DNA of 64,000 nucleotides from Zootoca vivipara (GCF_963506605.1 NC_083277.1:14818001-14882000), one strand, 5' to 3'; positions 24,486 to 36,550 are shown, counted from the stretch's first letter. Notes: generated by a model from the sequence alone, not told the origin. Numbers and translations: made by a program.

Positions 24486-25735
24486 TACCCTCAAGCATAA
24501 CAAACAGCCAGGAATTATGGGGATAATGTAGTCCAACAGCTACGGAGGATCCCTGACTAGAATTGAGATGAGACCATTTATATGGCATGCAGGCTCGTGT
24601 TTGCTCAGATTAAGGGAGAGGGTCCTCTCTTACCACCCCACTCAGGAATGCAAACCCGTTGTCCAAGGATATCAGGTCAGAAGTTAAGACAAGACCCACC
24701 TGAGGACCATAGCTGTCTTTATGAAATGTCGTCCGAAAGGGGAACTGGAGGATAGTGTGGCAAGTTAATCATCTGTTTGTAACCTGCCAAAGTAACTCTT
24801 TGGTGTCCTGAACCCCAGCAGTGGCCTGATTCACTCACTCACATTTTACTGGGCGTCTATATGATGCCATCAAATCATTGACTTACCGTGTCTCTCCATC
24901 CTTCTCAGTCTTCAGAAAACCTGGCCTTTTTTGTGTTGAAAGAACAGGCAACATTGCACTACCTTTCTATGGCGTGGTTTTGACAAGTAAAGTGATATAT
25001 CAGGTGGCGGAACCTATCCTCTTCTAAACATTTTACTATAATTTTTTTTTGTTCTTTCACCATGCTTTCTAAAACCAATCTTTAGCCCTGAAATGCCTTA
25101 GTTACTGCATTTGTTTGCTTTTTTAAAAAAAACGCATTAAAAATTTGTTCACCGCCTCATGCACATTTCACCTAATTTATGTACAGTAATGCACACAATT
25201 TTGTGCATTTCTGTGCAGAATAACATTGCCAGATGTAACATCCTACAAGGAATTCCCTCTAAAACAATGCATTTTTGTACATTACATTGAGCAATATATT
25301 CATTTTCATGTGCACCTTCCACTAACACATGCTTTTTTTGTTTGTTTTTGGGTACCCATTTTTGGGTCAAGGAACCGCATGGCAGTATTTGGAGAAATAT
25401 GAATTTGAAAGGCTAGCTAGCTATGTTTTGGTTTGTGTACATATTAGGCTGAACTGAACAAATTATGCCCTCTTCGCTACCAGTCACCAGTTTAGCAATG
25501 GGCTTGCTTATTTCTCCCCTTCCCCAGTTTGCTCTAAAATACATTCTTTTTTTTTTAAAAAAAATACATTCTGACTTCATGTAATAGTATTGGCAAGTCT
25601 TGTAAGGTTGAACATACCCCACCTTTTTTTGTTCGATTTGTCCTGCCTGAAAAAAACCATACTGCATTATTTGGAAACTTGCATATACCAGCTCAGACTA
25701 TTTGTCCATTCACTTCAGTATTGCCTACTCTGACA

Positions 25736-25990
25736 CGGACACGGAGCAATGGATTCAAACTACAAGAAAGAAGATTCCACCTAAACATTAGGAAGAACTT
25801 CCTGGCAGTAAGAGCTGTTCGGCAGTGGAATTTGCTGCCAAGGAGTGTGGTGGAGTCTCCTTCTTTGGAGGTCTTTAAGCAGAGGCTTGACAGGCATATG
25901 TCAAGAATGCTTTGATGGTGTTTCCTGCTCGGCAGGGGGTTGGACAGGATGGCCCTTGTGGTCTCTTCCAACTCTTATGATTCTATGACT
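25736..25990 (+). mobile_element. CR1 LINE 3' end
   Basis: [53 protein letters not shown] plus a gattctatga tail. Confidence 0.9.
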
Positions 25991-26932
25991 GGTAGCCAGC
26001 GGCCGTCCCGATCAATTCCACTCCCTTTCATCTCCAAGCGAAGATACCAGGGATTGAATCTTGGAATTTCCGCATTCAAACTCAATTCCTCCTTTCAAAA
26101 TCCTGCGGTCCCTGCCCTATTATACTTGCTACTGACTTAAATTCCTGGGGCGTGGGAATAGAAGTCACCTGTCATAAAACATATATGCTTTTCATTTGGT
26201 GCCAGAAACTCAATGTTACTGCCCATCCAACTTTTCCTTTGCTGTAGAGACTTACCCTGTTGGAAGCTGTTACTTGCGTAATCCTCGTTTGCTCTGGATC
26301 TCGTCCGTGCTTCCAAATCTACGCTTTGCTTTCTGAGACCACCTGCAAATAACAGGGATGGTAAGCCAATCGGAATGTAAAATGCAGACGACGCGGCAGC
26401 TCATCCCATTCCTCACTACCCAGCCCAAAGGTTTAAAAATCAGCTTGGGAGGAACTAGGATTTATGTCCTTGTGCAGCCAGGTATTTCGAAATGCTTGGG
26501 GTATGTGGCTTAACACACCCACAGCCCACAGCCTATTTAATGGGGCCCTAAGTTGGGACCTGAACACACGGCACCCTTGTCTTTTGGCTCGACGAAAGGT
26601 GAGTGAGCTTTGATGCAAGAGGGGATCCCTGGAGATTTTAGCACTACCAGCTCATTTTACTGTAAAAATTAGTGCAAAATGAACAGGGTGGCGAGGGTGA
26701 CTATTGAGGCGCTACAAATTTGTGGGCTTTGGGATTTTAATGGAGCGGCATGGGAACTGGATGGAGAACATTACTAAAAAGCAGAAAACTTCAATCGATT
26801 GGGACAAATATAGATTATGTATAAAACAACACTGTAAACACGCGAACTCTTTGGCAGGCTTTTAATAACTCTTGCAATGTAACAGAGACTTTGGACATAA
26901 TGGAGGACTGTAATTTGGATGAATTTATAATA

Positions 26933-27526
26933 CAGTGGTAGGGACGCAGGTGGCGCTGTGGGTTAAACCACAGAGCCTAGGGCTTGCTGATCAGAAGGTT
27001 GGCGGTTCGAATCCCTGTGATGGGGTGAGCTCCCGTTGCTCGGTCCCAGCTCCTGCCAACCCAGCAGTTCGAAAGCACGTCAAAGTGCAAGTAGATAAAT
27101 AGGTACTGCTCCAAGAGGGAAGGTAAACGGCGTTTCCGTGTGCTGCTCTGGTTCACCAGAAGCAGCTTTGTCATGCTGGCCACATGACCTGGAAGCTGTA
27201 CGCCGGCTCCCTTGGCCAATAACGTGAGATGAGCGCCACCGCAACCCCAGAGTCGGTCACAACTGGACCTAATGGTCATGGGTCCCTTTAGCTAAAGTGG
27301 TACCTCGGGTTAAGAACTTAATTTGTTCTGGAGGTCCGTTCTTAAACTGAAACCGTTCTTAACCTGAGGTACCACTTTAGCTAATGGGGCCTCCCGCTAC
27401 CGCCATGCAATTTCTGTTCTCATCCTGAGGTAGAGTTCTTAACCTGAGGTACTACTACTGGGTTAGCGGAGTCTGTAACCCGAAGCATTTGTAACCTGAA
27501 GCATTTGTAACCCAAGGTACCACTGT
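26933..27526. mobile_element. Tigger-like MITE containing a full Sauria SINE (26941-27290, +), nested in an L1 3' remnant
   Basis: ta|cagtggta...taccactg|ta termini. The SINE gggacgcaggtggcgctgtgggttaaacc...ggtcccttta is flanked by an agtggta duplication. Confidence 0.8.
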
Positions 27527-27657
27527 ATGCAGTTGACAAAGGTATTTTAAGAGCCCACAGAGGGGAAGGGAGAAGACTTGAGATTCGGAAGAATCTTCTT
27601 TTAATGTTGATATTTGCAACAATTTTATTTATGGGAATGAATTTGTAAAACCAATAA

Positions 27658-27718
<61 letters not shown>

Positions 27719-27851
27719 AAAGAGAACAACACTAATAAGTAAGCTTATGAAAGGGAGGGTAAGAAAAGGGATAGCGTATGGGGAAGATTATGGAAAAACA
27801 TTAGCCATCATTAGACACCTTTCAGTAGCTGAGTAGGGGGTCAACACAGTA

Positions 27852-28093
27852 CAGTGGTATCTCGGGTTACAAATGCTTCCACTTACAAATGCTTCAGCTT
27901 ACAGACTCCACTAACCCAGAAACAGTACCTTGGGTTAAGAACTTTGCTTCAGGATGAGAACAGAAATCGTGCTTCAGTGGTGTGGCGGCAGCAGGAGGCC
28001 CCATTAGCTAAAGTGGTGCTTCAGGTTAAGAACAGTTTCAGGTTAAGAACGGACCTCCAGAACGAATTAAGTTCTTAATCAGAGGTACCACTG
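27852..28093. mobile_element. Tigger-like MITE, inverted relative to the 26933 copy
   Basis: ta|cagtggtatctcgggtt...gaggtaccactg|ta. Confidence 0.8.
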
Positions 28094-30116
28094 TAGTGAC
28101 TGATGCCTATCGGGAAAAGACAAAAAGAAGCCAATAACAGTAGGTGGAGCCAGAGTAATGACAGGAGATTTAGCTCACATCCTTCGCTCTGCTGAGTTCC
28201 ACAAGGGCAACACAGAGAGCATTGGCACCTGCCTGCCACAACAGATTCCTAGTTTTATTGGGGGAAAGGAAGTAGATTCTAGTGAAAAAGGGTAAGGGGC
28301 TGAATGCTAGGAATGGGGGCTCTATCCACACCAGACCTTTAAGGCGCGTTCAGGGCACATTTGCCCCTCCCAAGAATCCTGCAAACTGTAGCTTGTTAAT
28401 GGTGCTGGGAGTTCTAGTTCTGTGAGGTGTAAGGTACAATTCTCAGACTGGTGGGGGGAGATGTGCTTTGAATGTCTGGTGTATACTAGGGAGGCGACAC
28501 GAAGCTTGCCCCCACTTGCACTCGGTGGGGTGTACCGTATTTTTTTAGAAGTAGACCATTTGAAAGTTCACACATTTGTGCAACATGTTTTGTAATGGGA
28601 AAAATGAAAAGGGCAAACAGCCCACTGACCACTCTGCTTGTCCTTTGTCCCTGCAAAGCACGGGTCTGGGAAGTTTCCCACTTGACCTGCTCTTTAGCTT
28701 TTAATCAGAACAAACCTCAATCTGTGGAAAAGCCCATTGCTGTTTGCTCCAATTTGGTGTAAAAAAGCAGTTTCCCCCAGGCAAAAGCAGCAGGACGAGA
28801 AGAAAAGTGTGTAAACCCTGAGAAAGAGAGATATGCACAAGAATGCACTCAGGGCAAATGGTTATCAGCTGGTGTTTGCATCATACGAAGGGACTGATAT
28901 TTACCTATATTAAAGTGTGATTTTATTTTTTATTTTTGTAGTTTAAAGCTGTGTTACATGAACTTGAGAATTTCGTAGTTCTTTTTTCCCCTTCAATATT
29001 ATGAATCCAAACTACAGTAATTGTTTGTTTGTGGACGCATCACTGGTACCTGAATATCCATTTGTCTGCATGGCTCTTAACTAATAGGCCACATGTTTGG
29101 AACTACGGTATTCCTATCTGCAAGATAATGTTTTATAGCCTCAAAACAGAGGAAGCCTCTCTCAGCCTTTTACAGGCAATGTTAAGCAAGGGCCAATAAA
29201 CCCATCCACTTTTATGGCTATCTGCTTTTTCCATCTGTTCCCATTGCCCTTCCCCAACCCAGACCCTGTTTGTTCTTACCAGGGGTGGTTGATTAACGGC
29301 GTCAGTGTTTTTGTAAACCCAAAGGCAATCCAAGGCTGTCAATCCTTGAAGAAGGATAACAAAAAGTGAGGGCGGCAAATTATGTCGCAACAATTCCCCA
29401 GAGTTGTCTGAGTCCATAAACCAGTCAGTCAAATGGCAAATTGACTCAGTAAACTAAAAGCAGGCGCATTTCAGATTAAATGCACAAAGCTGTCAAATCC
29501 ATTCATTTCCATGAATTGCTACATCTTCTTCCCATTTCAGAGAACGCAGAAACCCCAACTTTCAGTATCATTTCTTCCATCTAACTAACCCATTAGACTG
29601 CTCCCAAACTCCCCTGCCTGGTCTCTTTCTTATAACTCTCTTTTCTAGACAAAATTTTTTAAAAATATCCTTCCAGTAGCACCTTAGAGACCAACTAAGT
29701 TTGTTATTGGTATGAGCTTTCGTGTGCATGCACACTTCTTCAGATTCTCTTTTCTAGAATCCTCCTGAGTCTACCGTAAGTTATTTGGTTGTAGCTCCAG
29801 CACCTGCTACCTTCCAAGAGAATCCAGAGAGGGGGACCAGTGGCCTCTTCCACCCCAGCTGTAACTCACAGACACCACTAAGTTTTAGGAAAATCCTGAC
29901 ATTCTGGCCCCCTATGTTGCCTTTAGATAGCAAGCACCATCCATAGTGAAGGGAGAGCAGGCATCAGGTTTGCAGTACCTTGCTTGTTTTTTACTGGAAC
30001 TCAAAGAGCCACAAAACGGACCAAGATGCAAAACAACATATGCTTAGAACTAAAGAACATGTTTCCCTGTGATTAGGGATGTGGGAGATTACATTTGCTT
30101 TTGAAGGCAAACCTAC

Positions 30117-30505
30117 TGAAATATACTCGGAGTCAAGAGTGAATTTCATGCTCTTTATTCAGCTCATAGTCATCAAGGAGAAGAAGAGAAAAATGGCTCT
30201 TTTCCCAAAACCATCTGCTTATATACATTATTTACACAATGGGCCTTGCGTGATTGGCTACTTCAGGGCTACACCTGTGGGCCAATCAGGTTGTGGATTG
30301 ACTTCTGCCTGCAGCCTGATTGGCTGCTCCTACAGGCCAATCAGGTTGCAGATTCACTTCTGCCAGCCTCCTGATTGGCTGCTCCTGCAGGCCAATCAGG
30401 TTGCGGATTCACTTCCACCTGGAGTTGGATTGGGTAGCTCCTGTGGACCAATCAGACTGCTGATTCTGAATCCTATTGTTCTAGGATTCAGCTCAGTACA
30501 TAACA
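30117..30505 (-). mobile_element. Solo LTR with a CCAAT-box array
   Basis: TG...CA ends with 5-bp TSD cctac. On the minus strand: repeated ccaatc/gattgg units, then tatataag, then aataaa. Confidence 0.8.
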
Positions 30506-31126
30506 CCTACCAAATTGGCACTTTCCAAAGCACGCCACCATTCAAATTACACACTTCTCTGAATTTTGCAGTGTAGTTCTCCACCCAAGCAATGTGTACA
30601 GGAATTTTTGTTTTAAGATAAAGTGGACATGAAAATGCATATATTGCATATATTCGTGAAAATAGCATACGTGAACGCATCAGGAGAAATTGCCACTAAA
30701 ATGCTGTGGATTTTCATGAGACTTTTCTAAAGTTGCAAATTTGCTGCGGAAACTGGAGGACCAATGTAGCTTTCTGAGTGCAGAGGAAGAACTGAATTCT
30801 GGGATTAAAAAACAGACACGAGGCTTGACCAGCAAGACTCTGGGGGAAAAGTGCGTTCTCACTCACAGCCCCCAGGTCGTTTTATTAACAAATGAATTTC
30901 AACACAGCATTTGAAAGAACCAATCAAATTCTCTCTGGACATATCCAAAAAGTCCCCACATGGGACACAGCGAGGTAACAGGAAACGTTTAAACTATAAA
31001 GACTACTTGAGCATGCATACATAATAAAAACAAATAAACAGGAGGCAAGAAGGAATGCACGTAGGAAATCCTGGAGGCAATAAACTCCAGGAAAGGGAAA
31101 GATAGCACTTCCGTGCTAACTGTTTA

Positions 31127-31480
31127 AAGGTAAAGAGACCCCTGACCATTAGGTCCAGTCGTGACCGACTCTGGGGTTGCGGTGGCACTCATCTCGCTTT
31201 ATTGGCCGAGGGAGCTGGTGTACAGCTTCAAGGTCATGTGGCCAGCATGACCAAGCCACTTCTGGCAAACCAGAGCAGCGCACGGAAACGCCGTTTACCT
31301 TCCCGCTGTAGCGGTACCTATTTATCTACTTGCACTTTGATGTGCTTTTGAACTGCTAGGTTGGCAGGAGCTGGTACGGAGCAACGGGAGCTCACCCCAT
31401 CGCAGGGATTTGAACCACCGACCTTCTGATCAACAAGCCCTAGACTCTGTGGTTTAACCCACAGCGCCACCCGCGTCCCT
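31127..31480 (-). mobile_element. Sauria SINE
   Basis: Reverse complement of the 26941 and 40484 copies, flanked by a tgctaactgttta direct repeat. Confidence 0.9.
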
Positions 31481-32569
31481 TTTATGCTAACTGTTTACCT
31501 GGCACTAAAATCTATCTAAAGCTTACAAAGCTACATCAAAACTATCTTGTATCTTTATGGTACAAGGATGCCTGGCATGGAAATGGCCTGTGTGGGATGC
31601 TTGTGTACGTGACTGTCAGGCATTGAGAAAATGGCAGGGATGCAAAAGCCCTGTGGGATTCGATCAGAAACTATGTTTATGAAACCAGACCCAGTCAAAT
31701 GATGCTTTCACCATTAACACACATGGCCTGCTTCATTTTTCCTAATTCCTCATAGCAATCCGACATGACCCCCACATCTCAAATCTAAGGTTGGACAAAT
31801 GGGAGAATTGCAATTGACAAATCCATCCATCCCTACCTGTGAACTGCTGCTGCTGCTGAGCACACTGGCTTGTTTTGCATGCCAGAAGTGAGCTATGCTC
31901 ACAGACATTCCACATAAAAACCCACACCTAAGTTTTCTTCATTTCAGCAGTCTAATTGTGGTGGCAAGGAGAAGAATCATTTTGACGCTGCTCTTGTTAA
32001 ACAGGAGTTGCTTATCCACTGGAAATCGCCCAGAGATCTACTAGTAGATGCCAATCAACCTTCTCCCCACCTCTGTTCAAAAGAACCCAGCTCTCACCAT
32101 GCTCTGATCTGACTTGGGAGTCTCCAAGGCTGTGTGTAGCCTATGACAAACTCTGCCCTCCAGATGTTGTTGGATTCCAGCTCCTGTCAGCCCTAGCCAG
32201 CATGGCCAATGATGAGGCATGATGGGAGTTGTAGTCCAAAATACATGAAGGACACCAAGTTGGGGGAGGATGATTTATTTAATCAATATTGCCCATGGAT
32301 GCAGAAGGTATCAGGTGACCTAACACAAATCAGATCTGTAGAATTATGACTGTTGGGAGTCTAGGCAGAAGAAGCCACCTGCTGGCCATCTCTCAAGGGG
32401 AAGCGAAGCAGCCTACCAATCTTAGAATCATGGCCCCTTGTGTTTGTTCAAGAAACCAATTCATGGTACCAGTTTTCTGGCTCATACAACCCCCTAAGCA
32501 TTATTTCTGGTAAATGGATAGAGTTATAATCTTGCAGCTTCAGATACACGTTGACAAGAATATGCTCTT

Positions 32570-32905
32570 TGTTTTGTTTAGTCGTTTAGTTGTGTCTGAC
32601 TCTTCGTGACCCCATGGACCAGAGCACGCCAGGCACTCCTGTCTTCCACTGCCTCCCGCAGTTTGGTCAGATTCATGTTGGTGGCTTCAAGAACACTATC
32701 CAACCATCTCGTCCTCTGTCGTCCCCTTCTCCTTGTGCTCTCCATCTTTCCCAACATCAGGGTCTTTTCTAGGGAGTCTTCTCTTCTCGTGAGGTGGCCA
32801 AAGTATTGGAGCCTCAGCTTCAGGATCTGTCCTTCCAGTGAGCACTCAGGGCTGATTTCCTTCAGGACGAATAGGTTTGATCTTCTTGCAGTCCATGGGA
32901 CTCTG
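32570..32905 (-). mobile_element. BovB LINE 3' fragment
   Basis: Reverse complement of the 3' ~330 bp of the 462-2105 element. Confidence 0.9.
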
Positions 32906-33204
32906 AGAATATGCTCAGAGACTTACAACTTCTGGTTCCCTATAGTATCAAGATTTTGCTTGTCTCAACAACCTACACTTGATGAGGAATTTGTTGGTTT
33001 TATGAGACCTATCACTAGTTAGGTGACTGCCCCTTGTGACTCAGGCTCCTGTTTTCAGGTGCTATGGCCTTTGGATCTGTTAGGTTAAAAGAGTAATGTT
33101 TGTGAGTGAGTGAGTGAGTGAGTGAGTGAAAAAATGTGATGGGCTCGTTCTCAAGGTCTTCTTTCCCGACTGACATGTCACTTTTGTCCCCCAGGCTTCG
33201 CACA

Positions 33205-35247
33205 ATGGCATTGCCAGAAGGAAAACCACATGGTTTGGTCAAGGCTGTGGAGACCCTCAGCAAAGGACATGACGTACGCAAAGAAACCGAGCTTCTCATG
33301 AAACCGTACGCCAACTGGGAAGAGTTTCTCATGCCAGCACCCATCTCCATTGCTATCTTGGGGGAGCTGATCTTCATCTCAACAGGGCAGGGCGACTTCT
33401 CCATCAACCTGCTTCCACCAGAGGGAGGCTTCCAGCACCTCAAGTACCCAGAATCCTTCAAGGCTTCTTTGTGCCAAGTCAGCAATCGAGGTTGGACTGC
33501 CTTCAACGAGGCTCACGTCAACATGGACCAAATCAGGCTGCTCGCAAACGGCCTTCCGGAACAGATGAAAACGATTGTGCGGACTCTCATCCAGGAGGCC
33601 GAGGTGGTCACCGCCTTGCTTCCTAACCAGCTGAGGAACCTCCAGACGGCGACAGAGCAGTGTGGTGGGCTGGCCAAGGCAGTGAGGGCCAAGTTCACCG
33701 ATGTGATCAACCTCATCCAGGAACTCCTCGAGGCTTGTCTCAACGCCAAGCAGGGCTACGAGAAGGAGCTGGAGGAAGTGCAGACGGCTCTGGAACAAGC
33801 CAAGATCAGAGAAAAGTCGGCCAAGGAGGCCAAGGAGATGGCTGAAAGGTACCACCACCAGATGAGGGAGCACGTGGAAGAGTCCTTCCAACAGTACAAG
33901 AAAGCCATGGAATCCATCCCCACAGGCTGGGATGCAGTGGGAATGGAGCTGGTCACCACCCTCACTCAGACCCTTAGTGCTTTTTCGGTTGAGTTTACAC
34001 GGATGGCAGCAGGGAGGCAGGGGAGTCTGGGAGAAGCAGCTGGTACGGGCAGTGGGGAGGGACTGGCCAGCATGATTCCATTTATATCAGCTAGTGTCAT
34101 CTGCTCCAAGTCTGCTGAGCTGTTAACGTTTGCTACCAGCTTGAAGAACGTCTTGGATGAACACGGAGGCCTTAAGGCATCTATGATTGTTGATGAGAAG
34201 AGTGGGGAGGTCAAAACAGACTGGGTGAAGAAGAACCTACAGAGGCTGAGAGACTCCATTGAGAAAGAGGAAGGGTGTGACCCCAAAGTCAAAGCCCAGG
34301 AGATTTGCCAAGGTGGGTTGGATATTTGCCAACAGCTGGAGAAGGTGGCCTTGGCGGTGGGTGGCCTTGGTTCTGTGGGGAAGAGCTTGCTGGATGAGAT
34401 ACACCGACTCCACAAGAAGGCCTTGGAGTTCGACTCCTATAGCAAGGCCTACACTCGGTCTCCGGCCTTTACCCCCAAACCACCCAACGTGTCCAAGATG
34501 GGGGAAGCAGCAAACTCAGGGGTGGAAAGTGCCCGTCTGAAAGTACAGCAGAGCCGGGAGACGCTGAAGGCCACGAGGGAGGAGTACCAGAGGAGCTTTG
34601 AAAACTTCAAGAAGCAGAACGAGGAATTGGTGGAGATTCTCTGTACCATGAGAGGCTATCAAGTTAAGGAGGTGGACTTTGACACGGCCAGAAAAATGCT
34701 CATCAAGGGCCTGGAAGCTCTGGGGAGGGTGAAGGAGCAATGGGAGAAGATGGTGAGGTTTTTCCAAATGATCTCCAACTTAATTGATTCCTGCTTGGTC
34801 TGGAGCGTGAAAGAATTTTCTGACACTGTGGATGGAGCCCAGAAGATCTCCAGCTACTCATCCAAGGCCTTCACAGCTGACCTGGTTTACGGGCATGTTT
34901 TTAATGCCTCCAGCATGGCCCAGCTGGTAGCCATGATTTCCGAGACTTACACCCTGGTGTCGGAGAAGTACCTTATGGACCGTGTGAGCAGCTTAGGCCG
35001 CCTCCTCGCCATGGAAGCTGACCAACCAAGCCTGGCTGCCGAGCGAGCCGCATTAGCTGAAGGCTGCGACGCGGCACGGAAAGCGGTGAAGGAGCTGGTG
35101 CTGGAGAAGAAGGCAGAGTTCGAGAGAGGGCTGGAGGCCAGAGCACAGGCCATTGAAAGGGAGATCAGAGCTGTGCTGCCTGCAAACGGGGACGCTGAGC
35201 CGCACCTGAGAGAGCTCAGCCTGGAGGAGGAAGGCAAGTTTCTGTAA
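33205..35247 (+). CDS. Uncharacterised 680-aa all-alpha/coiled-coil protein with a single coding exon; candidate alpha-pore-forming-toxin-like component
   Basis: 2043-nt uninterrupted ORF with GC-rich third codon positions. Acceptor cttttgtcccccag ends at 33194; ATG in the Kozak context cacaATGG. attaaa at 35411 and aataaa at 35422. N-terminal motif PYANWEEFLMPAPISIAILGELIFIS. Confidence 0.9.
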   Translation: MALPEGKPHGLVKAVETLSKGHDVRKETELLMKPYANWEEFLMPAPISIAILGELIFISTGQGDFSINLLPPEGGFQHLKYPESFKASLCQVSNRGWTAFNEAHVNMDQIRLLANGLPEQMKTIVRTLIQEAEVVTALLPNQLRNLQTATEQCGGLAKAVRAKFTDVINLIQELLEACLNAKQGYEKELEEVQTALEQAKIREKSAKEAKEMAERYHHQMREHVEESFQQYKKAMESIPTGWDAVGMELVTTLTQTLSAFSVEFTRMAAGRQGSLGEAAGTGSGEGLASMIPFISASVICSKSAELLTFATSLKNVLDEHGGLKASMIVDEKSGEVKTDWVKKNLQRLRDSIEKEEGCDPKVKAQEICQGGLDICQQLEKVALAVGGLGSVGKSLLDEIHRLHKKALEFDSYSKAYTRSPAFTPKPPNVSKMGEAANSGVESARLKVQQSRETLKATREEYQRSFENFKKQNEELVEILCTMRGYQVKEVDFDTARKMLIKGLEALGRVKEQWEKMVRFFQMISNLIDSCLVWSVKEFSDTVDGAQKISSYSSKAFTADLVYGHVFNASSMAQLVAMISETYTLVSEKYLMDRVSSLGRLLAMEADQPSLAAERAALAEGCDAARKAVKELVLEKKAEFERGLEARAQAIEREIRAVLPANGDAEPHLRELSLEEEGKFL

Positions 35248-35410
35248 GTCCTGAAGAAAGGGCTCCAAACTGTGGGTGGGTGTTGTCTGAGAAGGCTTTA
35301 GGAGGCAGGGCTGCAACCGAGAGACTGCTGGTGATGAACTCACAGGTCAAAAGGTTCCACTTCACCACTGCTGCAAACATGAAACAGAAATACCTTCGTT
35401 CTGTATGTTC

Positions 35411-35427
35411 ATTAAAGCAACAATAAA
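35411..35427 (+). terminator. Polyadenylation signals (ATTAAA, AATAAA) of the 680-aa gene
   Basis: Two hexamers 160-180 nt after the stop, followed by GT-rich sequence. Confidence 0.6.
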
Positions 35428-35579
35428 CATGAACGGAGACTGCAAAGGTTTATGTGTGTACTGTATGTGGCAACCTGCTGCCACCTGGTGGAAGAAGTGC
35501 TTGGTGTCCATTTGATATTTGTTGAGGGACAACCATTTCCCCAGAACTTTTCTATTTTATTTTCTAATAATGATGACGA

Positions 35580-36218
35580 TGTTCTAAACAAAATCCGCCC
35601 TTATAGAGTCCTTTGTAGGTTCTCCGTCGGTAGGAGAAATAACAGAGGCCAACCAGAGAATATTGAGAAGCAAAGCAGCTAGTAAGCCAGATCTTTATTG
35701 AACTGTTACAACAGGGTGCTCCCTCACGGACTGGAGAAAGGAAGAGGACCCAGAACAAATTGATATATATATATATATATATGGACATTTTGAAATTCCC
35801 TGCCCTGGAGCTCAAAACCACCCCTCTGTACATCATACATACATCACAGAAGGGGTGTAGCCCAAGACCACCCCCCAGATACATCATACCTACATCACAG
35901 AAAAGGCGGTCTACAACAGAAATTTGAATGTTGTTGTTTTTCCTGCCAGGTTATCTGATAATGCCTTATCTGACTGCCTTTCCTGGTAGTCTGGCCATTT
36001 CTTTGAGATGGTAATTACTTAATTCCTAAGACAATGGGAAGGTTTTTTTCACCTCCTCCCTCCTTGCAGAGGAACACTTGGTCAGCTTGGGAGTCAAAAT
36101 GGTTTCAGGACTGTCTTCCTGTACTGTTTCAGACGTGGTTTATATATTTATGTACGTGTTTGCCTTGTACATTTATGAACAGTTATTATATACCTAAGAA
36201 CTTACAATTATTATAACA
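35580..36218 (-). mobile_element. Solo LTR (ERV-like)
   Basis: tgtt...aaca ends; 4-bp flanks acga/atga differ by one CpG-type change; aataaa on the minus strand. Shares sequence with 39894-40479. Confidence 0.6.
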
Positions 36219-36240
36219 ATGATAATATTGGGGTGGGGGC

Positions 36241-36550
36241 CATAGCTGCCAAGTCTCCCGTTTTTCGTGGGAAACGCCCGTATTTAAACCCGTTTCCCAC
36301 TGTTATCCTGAATAGAGAAAAATCCCGTAAATCCTCCGATTTCCTACCTGCCAGGGAGGCTTCTTCTGCACATGTCTGGATATGCGCAGAACCGATTTTG
36401 AGTGCCGCTCTGCCCGTGTCTGGGCACCGGAAATCGGGCAGAGCGGCACCGGAAGTCGCTTCTACGCATGTCCAGACATGCGTAGAAGCGACTTCTGGTA
36501 CCGTGCCACTGCTGATCCTGGATTTTTATTACCAGGAGTTGGAGGGTATG
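36241..36550. mobile_element. hAT-type MITE
   Basis: catagctgccaa...ttggagggtatg with 8-bp TSD gtgggggc; related copy at 52109. Confidence 0.8.

Noticed and set aside
26941-27020. tRNA genes at SINE heads (also ~9555, 40484, 61390)
   Set aside because: The A/B boxes continue into SINE bodies and tails; no complete cloverleaf.
33136-33204. N-terminal 23 aa of the 703-aa track ORF
   Set aside because: It starts at a non-ATG codon and spans a polypyrimidine tract and acceptor (33181-33194). The Kozak ATG is at 33205.
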